From positions 1-64,000 of the IMG/VR virus record IMGVR_UViG_3300032289_002472: a stretch of DNA of 64,000 nucleotides; one strand, written 5' to 3'. How positions within the stretch are numbered: position 1 is the stretch's first letter; each line of letters begins with the position of its first letter. Of the stretch, positions 29,139 through 39,573 are shown piece after piece. Position numbers and translations under genes: made by a program. The notes beneath the pieces were generated by a model, which searched no databases, was not told where the DNA came from, and saw only the letters and a program-made list of their open reading frames with translations. The stretch comes from a virus.

Positions 29139-29576
29139 CTATTGATTCAATAAAGCAGCTTTCTCAGCTCTCTCAGTTCTTTCAACCTCAGTATTTACAA
29201 TCTTAGACAAGATGGCTCTATTGTTGCTGTTCCACATATAATTCTTAAACATCGAATCATAAACTAACACCCTAAAGCACACAACAGCGGTCAAAGTATC
29301 CCCCTGATTTATGCTAGTCTCAAGCGTATTTCTTGTTGAGTCAAAACCCTCTTTGCTAGACTCATCATTGGTTATAGATCTATCTGAAGTTGCTAAATTA
29401 GAAGAAGGAGTCGATGCACCAAATAGTGGAGATCCCGTAGGATTTGGTATTCTAGGAAGAGGCATTCCAGTGCATAACTCTGCCTTCATTTCAAGAGCGT
29501 TACACACAAACTCAAGTTCCCTTCTCGGCAAAGGAATATATTTTTCCTCAATAGAGGAGTCTGGAGATAGTGCCAT
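29139..29576 (-). CDS. hypothetical structural protein
   Basis: ORF in tail block. Confidence 0.55.
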   Translation of the reverse strand: MALSPDSSIEEKYIPLPRRELEFVCNALEMKAELCTGMPLPRIPNPTGSPLFGASTPSSNLATSDRSITNDESSKEGFDSTRNTLETSINQGDTLTAVVCFRVLVYDSMFKNYMWNSNNRAILSKIVNTEVERTERAEKAALLNQ

Positions 29577-29590
29577 TCTACACTAAAAGT

Positions 29591-30073
29591 TTAGGCATTC
29601 GGTGCATTTAGCTGCACAGATATTTCTTGGAGCGCAGCTTCAAATGTAGTTGGAGGTAATGGCCAATTAGTACGAGGGGATGGATCAGCTACATACATAT
29701 CCAAAATTAACTTAAAGTAAGCCTCTAATGAATCAAGCAATGGGCTTTGCCTGCCAAATGTTGTAAGCGTTTGTCGCATAAACAACAATGTTGGCTGTCT
29801 GTTGCTTCCAAGCCCCACAGACTGTAGCCATTCTTCTGCTGTCATTACCCTCAGTGGCAATTCTACAACCTCCCAAGATCTATTCAACACCGCTGAATCG
29901 AGATCGGGAACATCCGACTTTACAATTGTTTGAGTTGATGGATTGTAGGCAGGCTTCTCTGCTTCAACCAGGGTTAACTCAACAAGTGGTGCTTGCAATC
30001 CTTCGACTGCGTTTTCGTCTGCTCTAGGGTAATCTAGAATCTCTCCGGTTTCGGTATTATAAATAATTTTCAT
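29591..30073 (-). CDS. tail fibre assembly-like protein
   Basis: YPR...P.YNPSTQ...WEVVEL pattern downstream of fibres. Confidence 0.5.
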   Translation of the reverse strand: MKIIYNTETGEILDYPRADENAVEGLQAPLVELTLVEAEKPAYNPSTQTIVKSDVPDLDSAVLNRSWEVVELPLRVMTAEEWLQSVGLGSNRQPTLLFMRQTLTTFGRQSPLLDSLEAYFKLILDMYVADPSPRTNWPLPPTTFEAALQEISVQLNAPNA

Positions 30074-30792
30074 GATATTCTGTCAAACGTTATTAAACTA
30101 AATGCAGACACTGATTGTGTACCATTTAATTGCCACATAGATATATTTGCATACCCTCCAGGTGTAGCATTAAAGTTAAATAATACAAGCTTTGGACTTC
30201 CTTGGCGAGCAAGTTGAGTTGAAAAAACGGTATTAGTCGGATAAGCAAAAGCAGCTACATAATCTGGTGCATACTGTCCTGTAGCCACTGTGTCAACCGC
30301 AATTCCAACCCTCCATAATCCTCCGCCATTAAAAATTAAGTCTACTGCCACACCATAATGTGCTGAGGATGTGCCTGAAGGGCTATCAAATAAACCATTA
30401 TTTACGTTTACAGATATTCCACCATTTCTTACAAATTGTGAATTATTAGGATCTTTAAATGGAGGATACCCACTAAAATTTACATATTTTCCCTCTTTTC
30501 CAAAAACTAATAAATCGCTTGGAATTGACACATTAGACCTATAGCTCAATGGCAGCGTTGCACCCAGATTATTGTCTGTTGAGGCGTCTTCAAACACGGA
30601 AATTCCGCTTGTAGTAGCAACTGGACAAATCTGAGCATACCCAGACACTCCATAGCGATTGCTATTATTCAAAGAAAAAGATTTAGCAACACTAGAATCT
30701 GACCAAAAGGCTGGCGCTGTTTCAACTCCAACAAATGTTGGGAGAACAACAGATAAATCCGAAAAATAAGGATTAATTAAATGACTGCTCAT
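30070..30792 (-). CDS. tail-associated protein
   Basis: LINPY N-terminus, beta-rich. Confidence 0.5.
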   Translation of the reverse strand: MSSHLINPYFSDLSVVLPTFVGVETAPAFWSDSSVAKSFSLNNSNRYGVSGYAQICPVATTSGISVFEDASTDNNLGATLPLSYRSNVSIPSDLLVFGKEGKYVNFSGYPPFKDPNNSQFVRNGGISVNVNNGLFDSPSGTSSAHYGVAVDLIFNGGGLWRVGIAVDTVATGQYAPDYVAAFAYPTNTVFSTQLARQGSPKLVLFNFNATPGGYANISMWQLNGTQSVSAFSLITFDRIS

Positions 30793-31419
30793 TTATGATT
30801 TTTGTCCAAATAAATACAACTTTAATCCACGCCCTCTTTCTAAAGTTCCAGCTTGAATAATTTGTACACTTATTTGAGATTCCTGAGAGAATCCATTCCA
30901 TACCATATTTGGATGGTTAGATGGTGTTGCAAAATACTTTGTCTGACCTGCGGGTATTTGCAACTTAGGATCATTTGCAGCAAAGATGCTTTGTCCATCC
31001 CTGAGGACATCTATAACCAGATTTGATCCTGTTGGTGCAGTTGTAACACTGACACCAAAACGAGTAAGGGTAAACGCATGCGGAGAAAGAAATCTTACTT
31101 TGACGCCAGCAGTCAATGCAGTAACTTCATCTGAGCATGCTGCAATTAATTCAGTTGGAGAGCTAGAAAGTTCCCCATAAGCACTACCACTAGAGCTCCA
31201 AGAATAAATTCTTCCAGTGTCACTTGCAACATAAACTCTGTTGACCTCTCCTGTGGCTGGAAAATTTGCAAAATTTGAATGAACTGAGAAAAAAGATAAG
31301 TGAGAGCGAACACCAGCAAGGTCAGATGTTAAAAGAGTTCTCGCAGATGAATTTAATGCTAACTCTTTCAGGGACCCGTCAGATTGCTCTTGTAATACTG
31401 TAATATCGTTGTTTGCCAT
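30793..31419 (-). CDS. tail fibre-associated protein
   Basis: FPATGEVNRVYVASDTGRIYSW; ACSDE..TAPTGS motifs. Confidence 0.6.
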   Translation of the reverse strand: MANNDITVLQEQSDGSLKELALNSSARTLLTSDLAGVRSHLSFFSVHSNFANFPATGEVNRVYVASDTGRIYSWSSSGSAYGELSSSPTELIAACSDEVTALTAGVKVRFLSPHAFTLTRFGVSVTTAPTGSNLVIDVLRDGQSIFAANDPKLQIPAGQTKYFATPSNHPNMVWNGFSQESQISVQIIQAGTLERGRGLKLYLFGQKS

Positions 31420-31423
31420 AATG

Positions 31424-34400
31424 TTACCAAGTTCCTAATTGGACCCTCCTCCATGTGTTATTACTGATGCAGATATAGAGAAAGTTGTTTGTGTAGGCTA
31501 TCTGCCCTGCCGTGCCGCTATTAGTTGGAGTAGATGGGACACTTGTCCAAAACAACGGAGCAGTGCTATTAGTGAGCCAAGTTGCACCGAGGCCGAGGTT
31601 AGTGAGAGCCGTTGATGCGTTTGTTGTAATGGCCCAAGAACCAAGAGTGTTGGTTAGAGCTATAGTTCCGCTCGCGTCAGGCAACGAGATAGACCTGTTT
31701 GTAGTAGCACTTCCTACGAAAGTGGTGCGTGTATTAGAAATGCCTAACTCAATCATTCCAGTTCCGGTTGTGTCTATTGAACCACCTCCTGACATTGTTG
31801 TAATTGATCCTCCTGATCTATTCCCTCCCCCTGGAACACTGCCAGCAGACATATTTAATGTTCCACCATTACGCCCCGAATAATCTGAGCCAGTAGAAAT
31901 TATAGAACCACCCTTTGAATATTGATCACCTCTTAAATCTATAGATCCTCCATGCCCATCGTCAGGTCCAGCACTCAAGTTGATGTAGCCGCCATCTCCT
32001 CCATCGCCATCGCCACCAGGAGCACCATTTAGATTAATATAACCAGCATTTCCTCCAGGCTCTATAGCGGAACTGTAGGCCACCGCATCCCCTCCCTTCA
32101 TGAAAAGAGATCCATTTGTGCCACCTGTTAACACCTCACCAGTGTTTGTGTTTGTAGTAGTTCTACCCATCGAAATGTTGATGGCGTTAGTATTTGTCAG
32201 CCAAGTCGCTCCGAGACCGAGGTTGGTGCGGGTGGTTGCAGCGCCATTAGTGTTATTTTGACTAAAACTTATTGCACCCTGTCCAGCCAGAGTAGTTCCT
32301 ATTTCAAGCCCAGTCGCAGTAATCGCAACCGGAAAACCCAAAACTCCAATCCCAAACCTCATCCTTGTTGATGGATTTGTTAATACACTTATCTCAGCAA
32401 TGTCAGACCCAGCAGCAGAAATAAAAGACAGTCTTCCATACTCACCAAGACGAAGACCGTTAAATGTCACATTGTCAGTTCCTCCAAGACCAAGGTTGGT
32501 TCGGGTCATAGCCTTGTATGACGGCATGTCCGGACCTACGGGATCAGTCACATTTAAAGGCATTCGAAAATCCCAAGTTCCTGAAGACCAACTTGCCACT
32601 ATTGAATAGATAGACGGGCCTCCAGTGACGATGTATTTGTTTGTCGTAAACATATCGTTCTGAAATGCCTCGCGGGTAGTGTTCGTAAGCCATGACGCCC
32701 CTAGACCGAGGTTGGTGCGGGTAGCGGCAGCATTATTTGTTGTCTCAAAAGATATTGGAACACCAAACTTAAACTCATCTCTACTGATACTTGCTATATT
32801 TAAGTTACCATTCTGTAATAATATTCTTGGAGTATATATTGGCTGTCCAGATATTGATCCGTTAAAATAGCTAGTGCCCTTGAATGATATAGTTTTATTT
32901 GTTTCTGCAAACTGCCCAGTATTAAAATTAATAAATGGTTCTGTGCCACCAGGACTATCATAAGTTATGTTTAAATTAATATCACGTGCTTCAATCTTTT
33001 GTAATACAGAATTTGGAGCCTCAAAATACCTTTCTGTATTTGTGGTATTTCCAATATACCTCCACCTGGCACCCCATACTCTCGATCCACTAGAGTGAAA
33101 ACTCCATTCGTCAGTTCCTGTGCCAGTACCTGCGGCACTATCCTTGATAAATCCACTATTAGTTTGACCAAGAGTTAAAGTATAAGTAGTTGAACCGAAT
33201 TGCTGAGCAAACCCTAAGTGCATTTTACTAAAAGTAACGTCACTTGAGTTACCCAAACCAAGATTAGTACGAGTAATCCCAGCACCAGTTGAATTAGTAG
33301 AAGCAAATGAAATTGCACCATTTGACCCAATCATTTCTATTCCTGGAGAATAAAATTTACCAGTACCGTCCATTTCGGAAATAACTTGATTACCAAGAAG
33401 AGTAAATTGAATTCTATTGTTAGTGCCCCCCCTTATAGCAAGAGTAGTGGTACCCATTGCATAAGCGTCTCCTTGAATAGCATTTGTAAAAAAAATGCTG
33501 CCAAATGTAACAGAACTTGATGTCCCTAATCCGATGTCGCTTCTAAAGTTCGTGACATTGTTGTTTGTCAACCATGCGGCACCCAAGCCAAGATTAGTGC
33601 GAGTAATTGCGGCACCTGTTCCTGAAAATTGTAAAGGTATGTTGCTTCCTAATTCTATAGAGGTTGGAAACATACTCATTACAGCAATTCCACCAGAAAC
33701 AGCGGTCAATCTTTCTGGGTCAGATATTGAGAAAAATCCTCTAGTTGCGGCTCCAATACTAATTCCAAGGTTTGTAAGACGCCCGCCTGTGACAGTTAAG
33801 TTAGAAAATGAAACAGAAGTTGCTGAATTAAAGCCAAGATTAACTCTAGTACTTTCAGCAATCTCTGGAGTAAAAAAATTAATTGGAGCAAAAGCTGTTA
33901 TTTGATTAGTGGACCAAGAAAGTGCCAAAGAGCCTCCATCAAGTAATCCACCCTGCTCTAAAGAAACTCCTTTATTCCAACCACTAATACCCGTCTCATC
34001 CAAAGTTGATTTATTGGCTGTGTTACTGTTGCTGGCAGTGACACTTAAAAAAGTCATGCTGTTAGTGACTCCCAACCCGAGATTCGTACGAGTAGGGCCA
34101 GCATCATTAAAAGTAATAGATCCTCCTACACCAATATTTAGAGTGGTTGCAGAAAATTCCGTTGCGGTAATTGGACCATTTGTGCCTATTGCCAGCGTAT
34201 TACCTTTATTGTTTATATACAGAATGTCTGTTGATGTAGCTCTATATAAACCTACATCATTTGTTCCAAGCTGAATTGCGTTTGCGGAAGAACTTCCAGA
34301 AGAAACAAGCAAAGTATTAAAGTTAACATTATCGGAAGAACTAAGACCCAAATTTACTTTTGCGCCACTAACGTTAGTTGCTCCCGTTCCTCCACTAGAA

Positions 34401-34756
34401 ATTGATAATGTGCCCGATACGTTTGTTGAACTTGTTGGAAGGTTAATAAAATTAGATCCATCGAGCGGAGACCAAGTAACTGGCGAAAGAGACGTTAGTC
34501 TGTAGAAGAGTCCTGTATCTCGAGCATACCCAAGAGAACCTATTTCCAGCCTGGAAGGTGGAATACTTGCCAAACCAGTTAAATCTGCTGCAGTAAATGG
34601 TCCACCCTTGATTTCATTTGCGATAGCCGTCGGAAATGTGTCCTGAACGGCAAAAGGACGTATTGGAGCCGTGACAAGGGTTCCGCCCTGATTGTTCTGA
34701 GCAGATACCGTGCTAACCAACAGCAAGGTTAATAAACTTAATAATCTTAATTTCAT
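31424..34756 (-). CDS. tail fibre protein
   Basis: Repeated TRTNLGLG, ISSGGTGAT, C-terminal GTAGQIAY...YIC..NTWRRV. Confidence 0.8.
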   Translation of the reverse strand: MKLRLLSLLTLLLVSTVSAQNNQGGTLVTAPIRPFAVQDTFPTAIANEIKGGPFTAADLTGLASIPPSRLEIGSLGYARDTGLFYRLTSLSPVTWSPLDGSNFINLPTSSTNVSGTLSISSGGTGATNVSGAKVNLGLSSSDNVNFNTLLVSSGSSSANAIQLGTNDVGLYRATSTDILYINNKGNTLAIGTNGPITATEFSATTLNIGVGGSITFNDAGPTRTNLGLGVTNSMTFLSVTASNSNTANKSTLDETGISGWNKGVSLEQGGLLDGGSLALSWSTNQITAFAPINFFTPEIAESTRVNLGFNSATSVSFSNLTVTGGRLTNLGISIGAATRGFFSISDPERLTAVSGGIAVMSMFPTSIELGSNIPLQFSGTGAAITRTNLGLGAAWLTNNNVTNFRSDIGLGTSSSVTFGSIFFTNAIQGDAYAMGTTTLAIRGGTNNRIQFTLLGNQVISEMDGTGKFYSPGIEMIGSNGAISFASTNSTGAGITRTNLGLGNSSDVTFSKMHLGFAQQFGSTTYTLTLGQTNSGFIKDSAAGTGTGTDEWSFHSSGSRVWGARWRYIGNTTNTERYFEAPNSVLQKIEARDINLNITYDSPGGTEPFINFNTGQFAETNKTISFKGTSYFNGSISGQPIYTPRILLQNGNLNIASISRDEFKFGVPISFETTNNAAATRTNLGLGASWLTNTTREAFQNDMFTTNKYIVTGGPSIYSIVASWSSGTWDFRMPLNVTDPVGPDMPSYKAMTRTNLGLGGTDNVTFNGLRLGEYGRLSFISAAGSDIAEISVLTNPSTRMRFGIGVLGFPVAITATGLEIGTTLAGQGAISFSQNNTNGAATTRTNLGLGATWLTNTNAINISMGRTTTNTNTGEVLTGGTNGSLFMKGGDAVAYSSAIEPGGNAGYINLNGAPGGDGDGGDGGYINLSAGPDDGHGGSIDLRGDQYSKGGSIISTGSDYSGRNGGTLNMSAGSVPGGGNRSGGSITTMSGGGSIDTTGTGMIELGISNTRTTFVGSATTNRSISLPDASGTIALTNTLGSWAITTNASTALTNLGLGATWLTNSTAPLFWTSVPSTPTNSGTAGQIAYTNNFLYICISNNTWRRVQLGTW

Positions 34757-34759
34757 CGT

Positions 34760-36610
34760 TTAGTTAATTGTAATGGGTATGTTTGATCCAAACTGGATGT
34801 CGGTACTTCTATAAATATAGAACTGAGAAACATTACCCCTAGCATTAGTATAAGAAACTTGTGTATTTGTCCAAGCTGTATTTGGTGCATTATTTACAAT
34901 AAACGATGCTGTACCCCAGCTGACTGGGTACGCAAAGTAAATATATTGTCCACTACCAGAAATGCTTACACTTTTTCCTTTGCTATCCCTAAATTCTCTG
35001 CCTGCTCCTACGCCTGAACTTGTATGAAGATTTCTTATCTGGCTATTATCAAGAGTAGGAGTTGATGCAATCCCCCAAGATAAATAATGCCTAAATGCTA
35101 TTGATGTTTGAGCAGTTACGGTTGATCCTGGTAACCCTGTTCCATCATTTACAGTAAGAGTCCAAGTTGTATCAGTAGTAAATGGAGTATTTGGGAATCC
35201 AATAGGCCCAGGAATGAATGCTGTAGTCGTTCTACTATTAGTATTTATGGGGTTAAATGTTCCCTGAGAGGCAGAAATTGATTGTGAGGCTACTGGAGTG
35301 TTCGTGGGGGAAATTGACCACGACAAACTCACACTCATTATCGTTGAACCAATTTCAACGGTACCAGTCGTATTGCCAAACGAAACTGATGGAGCAACAC
35401 GAGTGAATAGCCCAAAGACATAAGCCCTAGTTGCCGCATCGTTATCATTTACTGGTGTAGCTAAGTTTGTAATTCTTTGCCCTTGAGCATTTAATGAATT
35501 TGAGTTGAATAATGCCTCTTGGAAGCCTGCAGCATTCGTGTTTGTAAGCCCACTCCACCTCAAGCCAAGATTTGTTCTAGTAGCGTTTGCGGCTGGCGCT
35601 AAAGTTCCGGCAGGAATTGGCGCAGCTGCGTTGAATGAAATTCCACTTGAAGATAAAGTAACGCCATCACTTGTCACAACACCAAGTGAACCGTTTGTAG
35701 AAATTGAATACCCATCTCCAACAGTAACCGCCTTAAAGTTTACGTTATTTGTTTCCCCAAGTTCTATTCCAATCCTAAAAAATAATGGATTAGTGTTGGT
35801 AAGGACATTCCAACCCAAACTTAAGTTTGTTCTTGTCTTAGCTGCCGAATCAGTACTAAATTGAATTCCAAATTCTGGATCAATAGTTATACCATCCCAC
35901 ACACTAGAGTTTAGTGTGACCGCACGAAAAGTAACACGATTGCTTTGCCCCAGCCCCAAATTTGATCTAGCTGTAGATACGTCTTGAGCTCCAGTTCCAC
36001 CATTTGCTAAGCTAATTGGATATGTAACTGCTGGATTAGTTCCAGACCCTGGGACATTGATAAAGTTTGACCCATCAATTGAAGCCCACGTCACTGGAGA
36101 AGTAGAGGTAAGTCTATAATATAATCCAGGAGATGTGGCATATCCAAGTGCGCCTACAGTAAGCCTTTCAACAGCAATGTTAGATAAACCCGCCAAATTC
36201 GACGAAGTAAATGGCCCACCTTTTATTTCATTGGAGTCTAACTGAAGAGCAGTCTTGAAAGAAGATGCATTCGAGTTAGTCAATCCACTCCAGGAGAGTC
36301 CGAGGTTAGAACGAGCTGTATCTGCATTGGTCGCACCCGTTCCACCGTTTAATAGTGATACTACCCCATTTGTGGATAGCTTTTGATTTAAAGCTGTTTG
36401 TAAGCCTGTAACATTACTAATAGTAATATTACTTATGGAAATGTTACTTAAGTTTAAAAATGGGGCTATACCAGTAGCTAAGATGTTGGCATTTGAGGTA
36501 GTCAAGAAACTTGATCTAACTTCATCATTGCCATCCAAGATATATTTAATGCTTTGTCCATACAGAAGATTGGGCAAAATGATTAAAAGGGCCAACGTTA
36601 ACTTACGCAT
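34760..36610 (-). CDS. tail fibre protein
   Basis: NGGTGA..ARSNLGL repeats, RITNLATPVNDNDAATRAYV. Confidence 0.8.
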   Translation of the reverse strand: MRKLTLALLIILPNLLYGQSIKYILDGNDEVRSSFLTTSNANILATGIAPFLNLSNISISNITISNVTGLQTALNQKLSTNGVVSLLNGGTGATNADTARSNLGLSWSGLTNSNASSFKTALQLDSNEIKGGPFTSSNLAGLSNIAVERLTVGALGYATSPGLYYRLTSTSPVTWASIDGSNFINVPGSGTNPAVTYPISLANGGTGAQDVSTARSNLGLGQSNRVTFRAVTLNSSVWDGITIDPEFGIQFSTDSAAKTRTNLSLGWNVLTNTNPLFFRIGIELGETNNVNFKAVTVGDGYSISTNGSLGVVTSDGVTLSSSGISFNAAAPIPAGTLAPAANATRTNLGLRWSGLTNTNAAGFQEALFNSNSLNAQGQRITNLATPVNDNDAATRAYVFGLFTRVAPSVSFGNTTGTVEIGSTIMSVSLSWSISPTNTPVASQSISASQGTFNPINTNSRTTTAFIPGPIGFPNTPFTTDTTWTLTVNDGTGLPGSTVTAQTSIAFRHYLSWGIASTPTLDNSQIRNLHTSSGVGAGREFRDSKGKSVSISGSGQYIYFAYPVSWGTASFIVNNAPNTAWTNTQVSYTNARGNVSQFYIYRSTDIQFGSNIPITIN

Positions 36611-36684
36611 ATTAACTAATGGTATATTTTATTAAATAAACGAGCAAGCAAGTAATAGTATAATTGTCTGGTAGCTAAAAAAAA

Positions 36685-38896
36685 CTATTTATTGTTTCCC
36701 AAGAACTTTGCGAGCTCCTTCTTAATTGGTAGCTCATCAGAGATCATTGCCATCTTTTCCTGAATTGTATTAATTACGGCATTTATACTGTTGGTCATCA
36801 TCTGACTTCCCTCATTTAATTGTTGTTGCATGCTTTTCAGGTCAGCAGAAGACAGTCCTTCTTGTTTTTTTTCTTTTTTCATACGTTTTGTGATGTTGCA
36901 GCAGCTGGGGTTGGAACCCAATACTGCTGCAAAATCAATAAGTGGTCAAGGAATCGATTTTATTTTTTTGATTACGCTTTTGAAGTTACCTCCAGCATAA
37001 GCAATGACATCGTTGCAGATGCAAAAAATCATTTCAATTTCTTTTATAATATCTTTAATATCAGTCTGTTGTCTTTCAGATAGATCCGAACTAGTCTTTT
37101 CAAGAAGCTTGGCTACCACCACAGATAACATCTGTGCTGCACCCTCTAACTCGTGAAGATACTTAACCGTCACTGGATTATCAAACTCTAAGACGATTCC
37201 AGGTGGTGTACCACTGGCTTCAAACAATTGGCGTTCATTAAACTCTGAAAGAATATGGTGCATACTTGTTAATACAGATAATGCTCCATAAATCAATTCA
37301 TGCTCCTTCATTTCTTCGGCAAAGTAATTAAACCCAAGAAACTGCTGAAGAAGATGAGCTGCCGCAGTATTGGCTCCGACACAGTGTTCGACAATCCTTA
37401 TCTGTGGATCGACCACAGGAAAATCTAAACCTTTAATGTAAGAAATTGTGGATTTAAAAAGCTCTGATTCGAATGAATAGAAATTTTCTGTCGCAACTTC
37501 CTCGCCTAAAACAGTTGGCTTTAGTTCATCATCAAACAGCACAAGATCATCGTCATCCAGAATTAAAAGAAAGTCTTCTACCTCTTTGATGATGTTCTCA
37601 ACCTTACTTAAATATTGAATATTATCTAACGTTTCTGGACCAACTAACTCTCCCCATCCAACGCCCATTTTTTCTTCTAGGGCCGTCAAGAAAGCATCAA
37701 AATCTTCGACCATGAACATTGGTATATCTACCAATAAATCTGTGGTCCAGTTAATGAAGCTTGATGCTGGTGGCGTAGATGGGAATGTTTCGTCAACCGT
37801 TGTCTTGATCAGCTCCAGTATCTCTGGGCGTGTCATTATCCCCGTGCTGTTGTTCATTGCGTATTTCTTGGTGCCTTAGTGTGCGTTTGTTATATCTATC
37901 TACTTCGTTCTGAACAGCTGCTACAATTTGAATTACTTCCGGTTCGTCGGCGACGATATTTTTATTGTCTTCGTCGACCATAGACCAGCTAGTCATCTTT
38001 CCATCTTCTCCTACAAAATCTATATATCGATAGGTTTTGTCTGAAAAGCTAACCTCGTACTCTTCCTCAATAAGGGTACGTACCGTTTTTGATTTAATTT
38101 CCATTATGTGTGTGCTTCTAAGTATGTGCGAGTTCTAGCTGCATCGCGTTCATATTCTATCCAGCTGTCGTGCAGCCGTTGCTCTGTTTGATAGTATGCT
38201 ATTTTTTCTGCTAATGTTTGTTTGTCTTGTTCAAAGCTAGATTGATTGCCAAACATTAACTTTGCCAAACTTTGGCCAATTTCAAATTCGCGCTCGACTA
38301 TTTCTTGCGCAACTTTAATTGCCAATGCATTTTTTCCTGCCATCTCTCCCAAGCCTGACTTGATGGCATCCACCAATAGATTGGATTTGTTCATTTATAT
38401 TTTATTATAGTTTGTAACGAACAGCGTGGATTAGTTAAAAAATATTTATAAGTAGTTTTATACCATAACCATACAATTAGTCAACAAACAATAATAAAAT
38501 ATTATTGTTCGTTGTCGGGGGGTTCGTCGTCTCTGACGGCGACGAACCACCCCAAACAAGTCAATGCCTCTTGAGCAGCATCCTCGTAACTAGACGCCTC
38601 AACCATAAAAATATGGTTGGGATCATCTTCGTTAACGACCCTATACTCCTTTATGGTCGTTCCTTGTTGCCCTGATGCCATTGGAATATTTCATTCATTG
38701 CGGTAGAGCGGATTTGCTCTGCCACAAAAAATGCAGCTAAACTTTGACGAAGCTTGTCAACCTCTACTGGAAGCTGGGGGCCTCTTTCTATGGTTGACTT
38801 TAGGCTTTTTATTTTCCTTTTGAGAAGGAGATTTTCTTTTTTGAGATCTATTTTTTGAGCCTTGACCTTTTGAGGCTTTGTTTTTGTGCTTGGCAT
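36685..38896 (-). other. run of hypothetical CDS (36685-36921, 36946-37857, 37793-38104, 38104-38394, 38651-38896)
   Basis: Co-oriented ORFs, no recognisable motifs. Confidence 0.6.
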
Positions 38897-38919
38897 TTTT
38901 AGAATTAATTTTGATAAGA

Positions 38920-39573
38920 TTAATTAGCTGTTAATATTGGTTTATCCGACTTTCTCCAAAAGCCTTGAATGCTTAACCTTGGTTCCGTCATGGAATTACT
39001 GCACATAGTTGTAGCATGCCAAACTGGTGGCACAAACCAACATAGCTGATTGTGTACAGGACACACCCATTTTCCATTAACTAAGCCTGGGGTCCCGCTA
39101 TATAAAAATAAACCACCCCAATCTGGGCTCCAGTTTTTATTAAGATATATTGTTGTAGTAAGCTCCTCCCACTCGGAGTTATGAATATCGTCATGCCAAT
39201 TTATCTGGCTGCCTGGCTCCCAAACATGCAAGAATAAGCTGTAAGGATAATACCCCTCAAACTGCGGAAGATTTTTCCAAACCTTCTCCTGAATTGTTTC
39301 GGCATATTCGTCAAGGGGAAGCATATACACAGGACCAAAGGATCCTTTCGCCAACCCCTTACCCCAGAATCCATAATGATTAATCCTGAAGGATGCTTTG
39401 TCTTTGGAAGCTTCGTATTTTTTAATTATAGAGTCTATGGTAGATCCATCCAAAAAATTGGGGATAAGATTTACCAATTCATCTTGATTTAACTCAGTTT
39501 CGGGCGCTTTATTCTCAATAGTAGAATTTTTAAGTTCGTCCAAAGCTTGTTGTATTTCTTCTAGTGTCTTCAT
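38920..39573 (-). CDS. 2OG-Fe(II) oxygenase (prolyl hydroxylase-like)
   Basis: WHDD, IYLNKNW...GG, WH, R.SIQ. Confidence 0.88.
   Translation of the reverse strand: MKTLEEIQQALDELKNSTIENKAPETELNQDELVNLIPNFLDGSTIDSIIKKYEASKDKASFRINHYGFWGKGLAKGSFGPVYMLPLDEYAETIQEKVWKNLPQFEGYYPYSLFLHVWEPGSQINWHDDIHNSEWEELTTTIYLNKNWSPDWGGLFLYSGTPGLVNGKWVCPVHNQLCWFVPPVWHATTMCSNSMTEPRLSIQGFWRKSDKPILTAN

Noticed and set aside
31512-36635. Plus-strand ORFs within the tail fibre genes
   Set aside because: Antisense shadows of long coding regions
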